Source: Planctomycetota bacterium (GTDB taxonomy: Bacteria > Planctomycetota > UBA11346). From it: a DNA stretch of 27,568 nucleotides. Shown here one piece after another: positions 18,168 through 26,894 of the stretch. The first letter of the stretch is position 1. Each line of letters opens with the position of its first letter. The notes beneath the pieces were generated by a model, which worked only from the letters and a program-made list of their open reading frames with translations, ran no database searches and was not told the origin of the DNA. The stretch is taken from positions 1 through 27,568 of the forward strand of contig JBBQSO010000071.1 of the NCBI GenBank assembly GCA_038213805.1, in the 5' to 3' direction. Made by a program: the position numbers and the translations under genes.

Positions 18168-18195
18168 ACGCTAGCGGGCTGCGCGACACGTTCAA
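18168..18195 (-). promoter_or_regulatory. Putative sigma70-type promoter giving a leaderless leader-peptide/valS transcript
   Basis: TTGAAC, 16 nt, TAGCGT, 7 nt, then the ATG of the leader peptide. Confidence 0.5.
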
Positions 18196-18206
18196 GGCGA
18201 CCAGTC

Positions 18207-18614
18207 CTACTGTCCAAAGACCCCGACCTTGCCCTTGCTGTTGCGGCGTACCCAGGCGGCGGGAGAGGTGACCAACACCGTGCCGGTCTTGGGCACGGGC
18301 TCACCGACGATGCGGTCGTCGTAGGGCAGGCTCAGCACGGTGCCGATCAGGTCCGCGGGGCCGTCGAGCACCTCGACGTCGACCACGTACCAGACGAAGG
18401 GCTCGGTGGTGAAATCGTTCGCGGCGTTGTCGAAGCTCTTGACCACCTTGAGGCGCATGGCGCGTTGGTCGTGCTCGGCCTCGGCGCGGGTCCAGACCGT
18501 ATTCTGCGGACGTCCCTGGCCGCAGCCGCTGAGGAGCAGGGCCAGGGCCGCCAGCGCGACGACGGTGATGGAGGGGATGCAGGCACCGGGCGCCGGGCAG
18601 GTCATGGCGGGCAT
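18207..18614 (-). CDS. Hypothetical lipoprotein
   Basis: Hydrophobic stretch ending in lipobox LSGC; start uncertain (18614, 18605 or 18647). Confidence 0.7.
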   Translation of the reverse strand: MPAMTCPAPGACIPSITVVALAALALLLSGCGQGRPQNTVWTRAEAEHDQRAMRLKVVKSFDNAANDFTTEPFVWYVVDVEVLDGPADLIGTVLSLPYDDRIVGEPVPKTGTVLVTSPAAWVRRNSKGKVGVFGQ

Positions 18615-18697
18615 ATCGGTGCAGTCTTTTCTTGTCTTGGCCTCCATCCAGCCATAAGTGCCCTGCCCCCGCTGCGGGGGCCTTCCCGGAGCCCCCG

Positions 18698-20038
18698 ATG
18701 TCCAGTCAATCCTCCATCTCCAGCGCCGTCCTCAACCCGCTCGCCGAGGCCGCCAACGCGGCCATCCGCAGCGACTGCCCGGCGGTCCTCGAGATGCTCT
18801 CCGAGCGCGGCAAGCGCTTCTTCTTCCCGGCCAAGGGCATCCTCGCCCAGGGCGCCGAGGCCAAGCAGAAGGCCAAGACCGCCAACGCCACCATCGGCAT
18901 CGCCACCGAAAGCGGCCAGCCCATGCACCTGCAGTGCGTGCACCAGTACTTCCAGGGCCTGACCCCGAACGAGATCTACGAATACGCGCCCAGCTACGGC
19001 AAGCCCGAGCTGCGCCAGGCCTGGGCCAAGAAGCAGCGCGAAGAGACCCCCAGCCTGGGCCAGAGCCTGACCTCGCTGCCGGTGGTCACCAACGCCCTGA
19101 CCCACGGCCTGGCGGTGGTCGGCGACCTCTTCCTCGATGCGGGCGAAGAGGCGCTGTCCAGCGACCTGATGTGGGAGAACTACAACCTCTCGTGGGAGAC
19201 GCGCCTGGGCGCGCGCATCAGCACCTATCCGTTCTTCGACACCCGCCTGACCGGCTTCAACCTGCAGGCCTTCTCCCAGGCGCTGTTCTCGCGTCGGGGC
19301 CGCAAGCTGGTGGTCGCGCTCAACTTCCCCAACAATCCGTCAGGCTACACCCCGACCCGCGCCGAGGCCGGCGCGATCGTCAACGCGCTGACTGCCGCCG
19401 CCGAAGCCGGCAGCAAGCTGGTGGTGGTGTGCGACGACGCCTACTACGGCATGTTCTTCGACGATCAGTGCGAGACCGAGTCGCTGTTCGGCCGCCTCGC
19501 CCAGGCCCACCCCAACCTGCTCGCCATCAAGATCGACGGCGCGACCAAGGAGGAGTTCGTGTGGGGCCTGCGCGTGGGCTTCGTCACCTATGGCGTGAAG
19601 GGCGGCACCAAGGCGGTCTACGATGCGCTCGAGCAGAAGACCGCCGGCATGATCCGCGCCGTCATCTCGAACGTCTCGATGCCTGGCCAGTCGATCGTCT
19701 ACAAGGCGCTCCAGTCGCCGTCATTCCGCGCGCAGCAGGCCGAAAAAGTCGCGCTGCTGCGCCGCCGCTCCGCCGCCACCGCGGTCGAGTGCCGCAAGAG
19801 CGAGTACGCCGACTGCTGGGACGTCTACCCGTTCAACAGCGGCTACTTCATGTGCCTGCGCGTGAAGGGAGTGACTGCCGAGGGGGTGCGCCAGGAGCTG
19901 CTCGAAGCGCATGGCGTGGGCGTCATCGCCCTCGGCCAGACCGAGGTGCGCGTCGCCTTCAGCTGTCTGACCGAGGCGCAAATTCCCGGCGTCTTCCTGG
20001 CCATCGCCACTGCGGTGCGGACGCTGGCCAAGAAGTAG
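18698..20038 (+). CDS. PLP-dependent aminotransferase, class I/II
   Basis: 'NATIGIA', 'YAPSYGKPELR', 'LNFPNNPSGY', 'DDAYYG', 'DGATKEEFVWGLRVG' (PLP lysine); GGAG upstream of ATG 18698. Confidence 0.92.
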   Translation: MSSQSSISSAVLNPLAEAANAAIRSDCPAVLEMLSERGKRFFFPAKGILAQGAEAKQKAKTANATIGIATESGQPMHLQCVHQYFQGLTPNEIYEYAPSYGKPELRQAWAKKQREETPSLGQSLTSLPVVTNALTHGLAVVGDLFLDAGEEALSSDLMWENYNLSWETRLGARISTYPFFDTRLTGFNLQAFSQALFSRRGRKLVVALNFPNNPSGYTPTRAEAGAIVNALTAAAEAGSKLVVVCDDAYYGMFFDDQCETESLFGRLAQAHPNLLAIKIDGATKEEFVWGLRVGFVTYGVKGGTKAVYDALEQKTAGMIRAVISNVSMPGQSIVYKALQSPSFRAQQAEKVALLRRRSAATAVECRKSEYADCWDVYPFNSGYFMCLRVKGVTAEGVRQELLEAHGVGVIALGQTEVRVAFSCLTEAQIPGVFLAIATAVRTLAKK

Positions 20039-20060
20039 CCAGGAGTCGCGCACGGCGAGC

Positions 20061-20203
20061 CGGGAGACGCGAGCCCCAGCTCGCCGTGCCTTCTCTTGAA
20101 GTGAAGGGATGCAGGTAGACCTCGCCCCCGTCACGGGCTGATCGATGGTTCCGTCGAGGCACGGAGCCGGTGGCGCACGGCGAGCTGGGGCTCGCCGCTC
20201 CCG
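20061..20203. repeat. REP-like inverted doublet (REPIN-like), copy 1
   Basis: CGGGAGACGCGAGCCCCAGCTCGCCGTGC (20061-20089) and the reverse complement of 20175-20203 differ at 2 of 29 positions; each contains an internal GCGAGC/GCTCGC palindrome. Confidence 0.8.
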
Positions 20204-20212
20204 ACCAAATGA

Positions 20213-20243
20213 ACACGGCGCCGGATACGATCCGGCGCCGTGT
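20213..20243 (-). terminator. 14-bp perfect hairpin downstream of the RRM gene; probable terminator
   Basis: ACACGGCGCCGGAT-ACG-ATCCGGCGCCGTGT, 32 nt after the RRM gene stop; weak U-tract on the minus strand. Confidence 0.6.
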
Positions 20244-20275
20244 CGATGGGGTCAGGCTGGAAGAGCCTGCGCTGA

Positions 20276-20719
20276 TCAGTGATCGCGGCTGCCGCGGTCG
20301 CGGCCACCGCCGCCGCCGCCGTAACCACCACCGCCGCCGCCGCCGCCGTAGCCGCCGCCACCGCCGCCATCACGACGCTGGCCACCGCCGCCGCCGCCGC
20401 CGTAGCCACCACCACCGCCGCCGCCGCCGCCGTAACCACCGCCGCCGCCGCCGGCGCCACCGCCGCCGCCGCCGGGCTGGCGGGGCTCGGCTTCACGGAC
20501 GCGCAGGGCGCGGCCGCTGTAGTCCTGGCCGTTGAGGGCCTGGACGGCCGCCTGGCCTTCGGGGGCGTTGGCCATGGTCACGAAGCCGAAGCCGCGACTG
20601 CGGCCGGTCTCGCGATCCATCACGACCTTGGCGCGCTGGACGACGCCATGGACTGCGAAGAGAGCGGTCAGGCCTTCGTCGTTGATCGACCAGGGCAGGT
20701 TGCCGACGTAGAGTTCCAC
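20276..20719 (-). CDS. RRM RNA-binding protein with Gly/Tyr-rich tail
   Basis: RNP2 LYVGNL, RNP1 RGFGFVTM, 'DRETGRS'; GTG start preceded by GAGGT; (GGC)n tail encoding GGGGGGGY repeats. Confidence 0.93.
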   Translation of the reverse strand: MELYVGNLPWSINDEGLTALFAVHGVVQRAKVVMDRETGRSRGFGFVTMANAPEGQAAVQALNGQDYSGRALRVREAEPRQPGGGGGGAGGGGGGYGGGGGGGGGYGGGGGGGQRRDGGGGGGYGGGGGGGGYGGGGGGRDRGSRDH

Positions 20720-20879
20720 AGATGACCTCGGATCTGGCGCGCGGCGCCACGAAAACAGGCGCCGGAAGCGCCTTGGGTGAGCTTCGGAACATGCCATTTG
20801 CGGGAATAATCCAAGCGAAATCTGCGCACTTCGCGTGAAGACGAGGGGGGTGAGTGAGATCCCGGGGCCCTGGCCAGGA

Positions 20880-22703
20880 TCACCCCTTGAGGGTCTGCTT
20901 GCGCACCAGGCTGGCATACTCGCCGTCGGCGGCGAGCAGTTCGCCATGCGTGCCCTGCTCCAGTACCGCGCCGTGGCGCGGATGTCCGCTGCCGGCGAAG
21001 ACATAGATCACGTCGGCGTGCTGGATGGTGGCCAGGCGGTGGGCGATCATCACCACCGTGCGCCCGCGCATCAGCTCGATCAGGGCGGCCTGGACGTGGT
21101 GTTCGCTCTCGGCATCGAGGGCGCTGGTCGGCTCATCCAGCAGCAGCACCGGCGCATCGCGCAGGAAGGCGCGGGCGATGGCGACGCGCTGGCGCTGGCC
21201 GCCGGACAGGCGCGTACCGCGGTCGCCGACCGGGGTGGCGTAGCCCTGGCCGCCCTCCAGGGCGAGGATGGCATCGTGGACGTGGGCGCGGCGCGCGGCC
21301 TGTTCGACCTCTGCGCGGGTCGCCGCTGGCCGGCCGTAGGCGATGTTGGCGTAGATGGTGTCGTCGAACAGGAAGTTGTCCTGCTGAACGATGGCGAAGT
21401 GCTGCGCGAGGCTGGCGAGCTGGAGGTCGCGCAGGTCGGCGCCGTCGATGGTGATGCGTCCGCCGGTGACGTCGTGGAAGCGCGGCAGCAGGTCCATCAG
21501 GGTGGTCTTGCCGGCGCCCGAGGGGCCGACCAGGGCCACGGTCTTGCCCACTGGGATGACCAGGTCGAGGTCCTTCAGCACGTCCTCGGCGGTGGGCTGG
21601 TAGCGGAACGCCACGCGCTCGAAGCGGATCGCATCCCGCGGCGTGGGGCAGGCCGTGGCGCCCGGCCGGTCGACGATGGCGCTCGGCCGGTCGAGCAGCG
21701 CGTTGACGCGCTCGACCGCCGGCAGCTGCTCCTGCACGTCGCCCCAGGTGCGCATCACCTCGCGCACCGAGGTGATCAGCCGCGCGAACACGCCCAGGCC
21801 GAGGAAGGCCACGGCGGGATCGACCAGGTTGTGGGCGAAGAGCGCGCCCAGGGCGATGAAGGTGCCGCCGACGATGGCGAAGATGGTGGCGTTGGTCACC
21901 GCATCGGACTGGGCGCGGGTGCGCGCCAGGCGCATGTTGGCGTTGAACAGCTGCATGTTCGCCTCGGCGTAGCGCACCGCCTCGCGGTCGGTCGAACCCA
22001 TCGCCTTGATCACGCGGATGCCGGCGGTGATCTGTTCTAGCACGCCGAAATTCGCGGCCAGCGACTCGCGCGCGACCTTCGAGCGCCGCCGGGTCTTGCG
22101 CAGCACCGGGATCAGCGCCACCACCACCAGCGCCATGCCCAGCAGCAGCACCGGCCCCATCCACAGGCTGCCGTCGTGGTGCCATGCGAACCAGGTGGCG
22201 AAGCCGATCAGGCCGATGGCCTCGATCGGGCTCTTCAGCAGCTTGCCGTAGAGCTGCTGCTGGATCATCAGCACCGCACCGAGGTCGCTGGTCAGGCGCG
22301 TCAGCAGGTCGCCGCGCGTCAGCTGGTGGTGGAAGGCCAGTTCGAGTCGCACCAGATGGCCGAGCACGCGGTTGCGCACGTCGCGCATGGTACGGTTGGC
22401 CACCCACTGTCCCGCCCACCACGCCAGATAGGCGGCCGTGGCGGCGAGCGGGCTGAGCATCAGCAGGGTCAGGCCGAGGTGGGTCAGGTCGTTGCTGGCG
22501 GCGAGGATGTCCGGGGTGGGCTGCGGACCCTGTCCCTTGAGCACCGCGCCGATCAGGGTCAGGAAGGGCGCCAGCTTGCTGAACAGGTAGCCGGTCAGCA
22601 CGCTCATCACGGCGGTGCTGACCAGCATCACCGCGGTCATCCAGCGGTAGGGGCGGGACTGCAGGAAGACCCGTTTGAGAAGGCTGAAATCGTTGCTTGC
22701 CAC
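20880..22703 (-). CDS. ABC exporter, fused TMD-NBD (MsbA-like)
   Basis: N-terminal TM helices, Walker A GPSGAGKTT, signature LSGGQRQR, Walker B LLLDEPTSALD, H-loop IAHRL. Confidence 0.93.
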   Translation of the reverse strand: MASNDFSLLKRVFLQSRPYRWMTAVMLVSTAVMSVLTGYLFSKLAPFLTLIGAVLKGQGPQPTPDILAASNDLTHLGLTLLMLSPLAATAAYLAWWAGQWVANRTMRDVRNRVLGHLVRLELAFHHQLTRGDLLTRLTSDLGAVLMIQQQLYGKLLKSPIEAIGLIGFATWFAWHHDGSLWMGPVLLLGMALVVVALIPVLRKTRRRSKVARESLAANFGVLEQITAGIRVIKAMGSTDREAVRYAEANMQLFNANMRLARTRAQSDAVTNATIFAIVGGTFIALGALFAHNLVDPAVAFLGLGVFARLITSVREVMRTWGDVQEQLPAVERVNALLDRPSAIVDRPGATACPTPRDAIRFERVAFRYQPTAEDVLKDLDLVIPVGKTVALVGPSGAGKTTLMDLLPRFHDVTGGRITIDGADLRDLQLASLAQHFAIVQQDNFLFDDTIYANIAYGRPAATRAEVEQAARRAHVHDAILALEGGQGYATPVGDRGTRLSGGQRQRVAIARAFLRDAPVLLLDEPTSALDAESEHHVQAALIELMRGRTVVMIAHRLATIQHADVIYVFAGSGHPRHGAVLEQGTHGELLAADGEYASLVRKQTLKG

Positions 22704-22766
22704 GTCCGCTCCGGGGGCGGAACATACCCCGGGTCGGGGGCGGCGCTATGGGGCCTTGGGGTCGGG

Positions 22767-22971
22767 AGACGTTAGGTCCTAGACCCTAGACCCTAGACCC
22801 TGGTATGAGGTGCATCACGGGGGATTGAAGATTGGATCGGTGCCGCAATATCTTGTCGACGTCTGGGAAGTCGGCCTAGCCGTGGGATGCGGGCAAGGCC
22901 GCCAGCATGCCTCGCGCCCCCGATCGGCACTCTCTGGTCTAGGGTCTAGGGTCTGCGGGCCAGAGGCCCGC
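22767..22971. repeat. Miniature inverted-repeat element C: AGACCCT arm, core, inverted AGGGTCT arm, terminal hairpin
   Basis: AGACCCT x3 at 22781-22801; AGGGTCT x2 at 22941-22954; hairpin GCGGGCC-AGA-GGCCCGC at 22955-22971. Confidence 0.8.
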
Positions 22972-23060
22972 TTGCCCCCCACAACCCGTCCCCACACTGC
23001 CGCGACCGCCCGGCGCGGGCCGCTGAGCGCGGGGTGCCGGGCCCATCAGGGAGCTGCATC

Positions 23061-24194
23061 GTGGGCGAACTCCGCGACCGTCTCGACGGTCTCAAACGCA
23101 AGCTGGACGAATTCGCCAGGCTGGTCGACCGTCCGGCCAAGCTCGAGGCGATGCAGCGCCACGAGCACCGCATGGGCGATCCCGCCTTCTGGAACGACCA
23201 GGCCAAGGCACAGGCGGTGGTGGTCGAGCTGAAGGCGATCAAGAACACTCTCGATCCCTATGATGCCATGGCGCAGTCGCTGTCCGACGCCAGCGAGCTG
23301 CTTGAACTGGCCGAGGGCGACCGCGACGACGCCACCCTCGCCGAGATCGTGCGCGAGGCGCAGCGCATGGAGGCCGACTATGACAAGCTCGCGCTCAAAC
23401 TGGTGCTGTCCGGCAAGTACGACAACGCCAACGTCTACCTGACCATCAAGCCCGGCGCCGGCGGCACCGAGGCCTGCGACTGGGCGGGGATGATGTTCCG
23501 CATGTACAGCGCCTACCTGCAGCGCGGCGGCTACACCGTCGAGGTCATGGACATGCTGCCCGGCGACGAGGCCGGGCTGAAGATCTGCACGCTGTCGGTG
23601 CGCGGCCCGTACGCCTACGGCTACCTCAAGGCCGAGATGGGCACCCACCGCCTGGTGCGCATGAGCCCGTTCAACGCCGACGGCAAGCGGCAGACCAGCT
23701 TCGCTGCGGTCGAGGTCACGCCCGAGATCGACGAGGTCGGCGAGGTCAAACTCGACGAGAAGGAGCTGCGCATCGACACCTATCGCGCCTCGGGCGCGGG
23801 CGGCCAGCACGTCAACAAGACCGACTCGGCGGTGCGCGTCACCCACATCCCCACCGGCCTGTTCGTTGCCGTGCAGACCGAGCGCAGCCAGGTCCAGAAC
23901 AAGGGCCGCGCGATGAAGATGCTGGTAGCCAAGCTCCAGCAGCTCAAAGAATCTGAGCGCCTCGACGAGCTCAAGGATCTCAAGGGCGAGCGCGGCACCA
24001 TCGGCTGGGGTCACCAGATCCGCAGCTACTTCCTGCAGCCCACCCAGATGGTGAAGGACCTGCGCACGCGCCACTCCACCAGCCAAGCCTACGACGTGCT
24101 CGACGGAAATCTGCAGCCGTTCATCGACGCGTACCTGCGCTGGCGCCTTGGCGGCAGCAAGGACATGAAGGGGGCCGAGGAGGAGGAGGGGTGA
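23061..24194 (+). CDS. prfB: Peptide chain release factor 2, continuous reading frame
   Basis: 'GAGGTEACDW', SPF tripeptide anticodon, GGQ motif, 'WGHQIRSY'; GTG start after GGAG. Confidence 0.97.
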   Translation: MGELRDRLDGLKRKLDEFARLVDRPAKLEAMQRHEHRMGDPAFWNDQAKAQAVVVELKAIKNTLDPYDAMAQSLSDASELLELAEGDRDDATLAEIVREAQRMEADYDKLALKLVLSGKYDNANVYLTIKPGAGGTEACDWAGMMFRMYSAYLQRGGYTVEVMDMLPGDEAGLKICTLSVRGPYAYGYLKAEMGTHRLVRMSPFNADGKRQTSFAAVEVTPEIDEVGEVKLDEKELRIDTYRASGAGGQHVNKTDSAVRVTHIPTGLFVAVQTERSQVQNKGRAMKMLVAKLQQLKESERLDELKDLKGERGTIGWGHQIRSYFLQPTQMVKDLRTRHSTSQAYDVLDGNLQPFIDAYLRWRLGGSKDMKGAEEEEG

Positions 24195-24202
24195 CGCCAA
24201 GC

Positions 24203-24320
24203 CGGGAGCGGCGGGCGCCATCTTGCGTGCGGCATGGGATCGCCGCCAAAACCCCGAGCTTGGCGGGATTCCCGAGAGTGAGAGCCGGTGAGGCAAGGCG
24301 AGCTGGGGCTCGCGCCCTGG
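24203..24320. repeat. REP-like inverted doublet, copy 2 (degenerate)
   Basis: GGCGAGCTGGGGCTCGC at 24297-24313 is identical to 20179-20195; degenerate partner CGGGAGCGGCGGGCGCCATCTTGCGTGC at 24203-24230. Confidence 0.7.
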
Positions 24321-24366
24321 CGACTTGGCGGTAAAGAACCGCGCAGTCCTGCCCGACGTTTTGCGC

Positions 24367-25554
24367 TCAGCTGCCGGCGCGCGCCGCCGCCGGCTCAAGC
24401 AGGCCAAGCAGCGCGTTCTCGTACTGGTCGACGATCGGCTTCTCCGCGAACATTTCGGCGCGGCGGCGCGCGGCAGCGCGCATCGCGCGGTAGCGCGGCT
24501 CGTTCTCGAGCAGGTCGGCGGCGAGCGTGCCCAGGCAGACGTCGCCGCCCTCCTCGCAGAGGATGCCGCTGACGCCGTCCTCGACGACCTCGGGCAGGCC
24601 GCCGGCGTGGTAGCCGAGCACCGGGCAGCCGCAGGCCATCGCCTCGAGCGCGGACAGGCCGAAGCTCTCGGCGCGGCTCGGCAGCAGGAACAGGTCGCTG
24701 GCCTGCAGGATCGGCTCGGGCTTCTGCTGGCCGAGCAGGCGCAGGTCGTCGCGGATGCCGAGCTCCTTGGCGAGCGCCTCGGCCTTGGGCAGGTCGGGGC
24801 CGTCCCCGACCAAAACCAACACCGCCGGCATGCGCTTGCGCAGCGTGGCGAAGGCGCGCACTACCTCTTCGATGCGCTTGACCGGGCGGAAGTTCGAGAC
24901 GTGGGTGATGACGCGCTGGCCTTCGCCCGCCAGGCAGGCGCGCCAGGGCTGGGCCGCGTCCGGCTTGAAGCGTTCGAGATCGACGAAGTTGGGAATGGCC
25001 TGCACCGAACCGGGCGTGGTGTTGAAGTAGGTCGCGGTCTCTTGCGCCAGCCACGCGCTGGGCGCGGTGAGCAGGTCCTGCTGGCGCAGCGCGAAGCGCG
25101 TCAACTCGAAGTAGCTGCGCTCGCGCCCGACCAGCGTGATATCCGTGCCGTGCAGGGTGCAGGCGAGCTTGACGTCGCGGCGCGTACTGCCGCCGCGCTG
25201 CAGCCGGCCGGTCTCCGGGCGGCTGGAATCGCGCAGCACCTCGCGCGCCTGCCACGCGGCGACCGCGTGCGGGATGGCGTAGTGGCTGTGGATCAGTTCG
25301 ACGCCGTACTCTTCGACCAGCTCGATGAGCTTATTGCTGAGGTTGAGCGTGTAGTGCGGGTAGCGGAACAGCGGGTACTCGCTGCCGTGCACCGCGTGGA
25401 AGCTGAGGTTGGCGAGCGGCCGGTCCATGCGGAACGGCATTTCGTACGACACTACGTGCACCTCGTGCCCGCGCTCGGCCAGGCGCATCGCCAGCTCGGT
25501 CGCGACCACGCCGCTGCCGCCGTAGGTGGGATAGCAGGTGATGGCGAGGCGCAT
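24367..25554 (-). CDS. bshA: GT4 N-acetyl-alpha-D-glucosaminyl L-malate synthase BshA-like
   Basis: 'ITCYPTYGGSGVVATEL', 'HYAIPHA', 'TLHGTDITLVG', 'HVSNFRPVKR', 'ESFGLSALEAMACG'. Confidence 0.88.
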   Translation of the reverse strand: MRLAITCYPTYGGSGVVATELAMRLAERGHEVHVVSYEMPFRMDRPLANLSFHAVHGSEYPLFRYPHYTLNLSNKLIELVEEYGVELIHSHYAIPHAVAAWQAREVLRDSSRPETGRLQRGGSTRRDVKLACTLHGTDITLVGRERSYFELTRFALRQQDLLTAPSAWLAQETATYFNTTPGSVQAIPNFVDLERFKPDAAQPWRACLAGEGQRVITHVSNFRPVKRIEEVVRAFATLRKRMPAVLVLVGDGPDLPKAEALAKELGIRDDLRLLGQQKPEPILQASDLFLLPSRAESFGLSALEAMACGCPVLGYHAGGLPEVVEDGVSGILCEEGGDVCLGTLAADLLENEPRYRAMRAAARRRAEMFAEKPIVDQYENALLGLLEPAAARAGS

Positions 25555-25650
25555 GCGCGGCTTCCCGAAGGGTTATGGCGCGAGCTTGGCGGAGGCGCCG
25601 GCGCTGGCCATCGCCAATGCTACTGGGTTCTGCGGCAGGCTTTCGGGGGT

Positions 25651-25850
25651 GGGGCTGATGGCTGATGGCTGATGGCTCGTGGCTCGTGGCGCAGTGTCTG
25701 CAGCTCATGATGTGCGGTGAGTGCCAAGCAGCGAGCGGCCAGGCCGAGATACGGATGCGTCACGTAGGATCCCACGCAGGACTCGGGACGAGAAGCCATC
25801 AGCCATCAGCCATCAGCCATCAGCCATCAGCCAAAATATCCATCAGCCCC
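25651..25850. repeat. Miniature inverted-repeat element D: (GCTGATG)3(GCTCGTG)2 arm, core, (AGCCATC)5 arm
   Basis: Left arm 25654-25688, right arm 25794-25832; outer GGGGCTGATGG (25651-25661) and CCATCAGCCCC (25840-25850) are perfect inverted repeats. Confidence 0.85.
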
Positions 25851-25867
25851 ATCAACCTCTCCCCTCC

Positions 25868-26779
25868 CTACTTGCCCGCACTCACGCTCAGCACCGGCTT
25901 GAGCGTGAGGTCTCCAGTCGGGGTGAACAGGCGTTCCCACGGCTGGTAGCCCTGGCGTTCGAGGCGCAGGGTCAGCGCCTTCGCCGGTAGGTGCAGCTGC
26001 GTGGGGGTGGTGCCCATCAGGTTGCCATCGACCAGCACATCAGCGCCGGTGGGCTCGGAATCGATCAGCACGGTGACTGCGGCCGGCACCGCGACCACGG
26101 CGGCTGGGGCGGCAGTAGCGACCGTGCCTGCCGCGGTCGCCGGCACCGCGCCCGGAATGGCGTCAGGCAGATCCTGTTGGCGTTCAAGGTAGGCGCGCAG
26201 CGTGGCCAGGCAGTTGCGGATCGCGTCCCAGCTCGCCTTGCTGCGCGGGTCGGCGTCCGAGGTCTGGAGCTTGGGCGAGGTCTGCCCGGAAAAGCCGCCC
26301 GTGGCCTTCTTGAGGAACACCAGCTTGCCGTCCGCCTGGTAGCCGCGCATCTCGGCGGTGGATTCGAAGTGGGCGATGCCGGACTTGGACTCGAGCCCGG
26401 TGCTGACGTCGTGCAGTTCGAGGACGCGCGTCGTCACCACCAGATAGGCGCCGGAGGCCGCGGGCTGGGCGCTCGTGGCCCACACGTCGCTCGCCGAGGA
26501 GGGCAGGCCCTCGCCGACCCAGGCCTTCACCTCGCGCACGCGCAGGTCGACGTCCAGACGCATGGCGTAGGCGTAGTCGAGGTTCGCCTCCGGGTAGAAG
26601 GCCGCGACCGGCGCGACGTCGACGGGTGCGAAGACCACCGGGCGTTGCACGGTGGTGCCGGCCACGGTGGCTGCGGCGTCGCGCTTCTCCCAGCGGTTGG
26701 CATCGCGGCCCACGGCGCAGCCCGCGGTGGTGGCCAAGGAGATCAGGACGAGGAGGGCGAGGGGGAGTCGAACGTGCAT
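25868..26779 (-). CDS. Lipoprotein with C-terminal PEGA domain
   Basis: Lipobox TAGC; Ala/Pro linker; C-terminal '[14 protein letters not shown]...GTTP...[11 protein letters not shown]' PEGA pattern. Confidence 0.82.
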   Translation of the reverse strand: MHVRLPLALLVLISLATTAGCAVGRDANRWEKRDAAATVAGTTVQRPVVFAPVDVAPVAAFYPEANLDYAYAMRLDVDLRVREVKAWVGEGLPSSASDVWATSAQPAASGAYLVVTTRVLELHDVSTGLESKSGIAHFESTAEMRGYQADGKLVFLKKATGGFSGQTSPKLQTSDADPRSKASWDAIRNCLATLRAYLERQQDLPDAIPGAVPATAAGTVATAAPAAVVAVPAAVTVLIDSEPTGADVLVDGNLMGTTPTQLHLPAKALTLRLERQGYQPWERLFTPTGDLTLKPVLSVSAGK

Positions 26780-26859
26780 GGCGCGGAAGTATGGTCGCTG
26801 GGCGCACGGCGCCAGCGACGCTCACATGCGGCCGCACTATCTGGGTCGTCGCGTGAGTA

Positions 26860-26887
26860 TTGACAGTCCAGCGGACGGCGGTGTGCT
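26860..26887 (+). promoter_or_regulatory. Putative promoter of fucU
   Basis: Perfect TTGACA at 26860-26865, 16 nt, weak -10 TGTGCT, 7 nt, then ATG. Confidence 0.4.
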
Positions 26888-26894
26888 GCCGCGC

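Noticed and set aside
18028..18206. T-box riboswitch upstream of valS
   Set aside because: No GGTGGNACCGCG T-box consensus and no room for stem I; a leader peptide explains the region better
20131..20725. Poly-Ala and poly-Arg ORFs
   Set aside because: They are alternative frames of the (GGC)n Gly-rich tail of the RRM gene
22802..22933. Protein-coding cargo inside the heptamer-element cores
   Set aside because: Cores are only about 50-130 nt, share no sequence with one another, and contain no credible ORF
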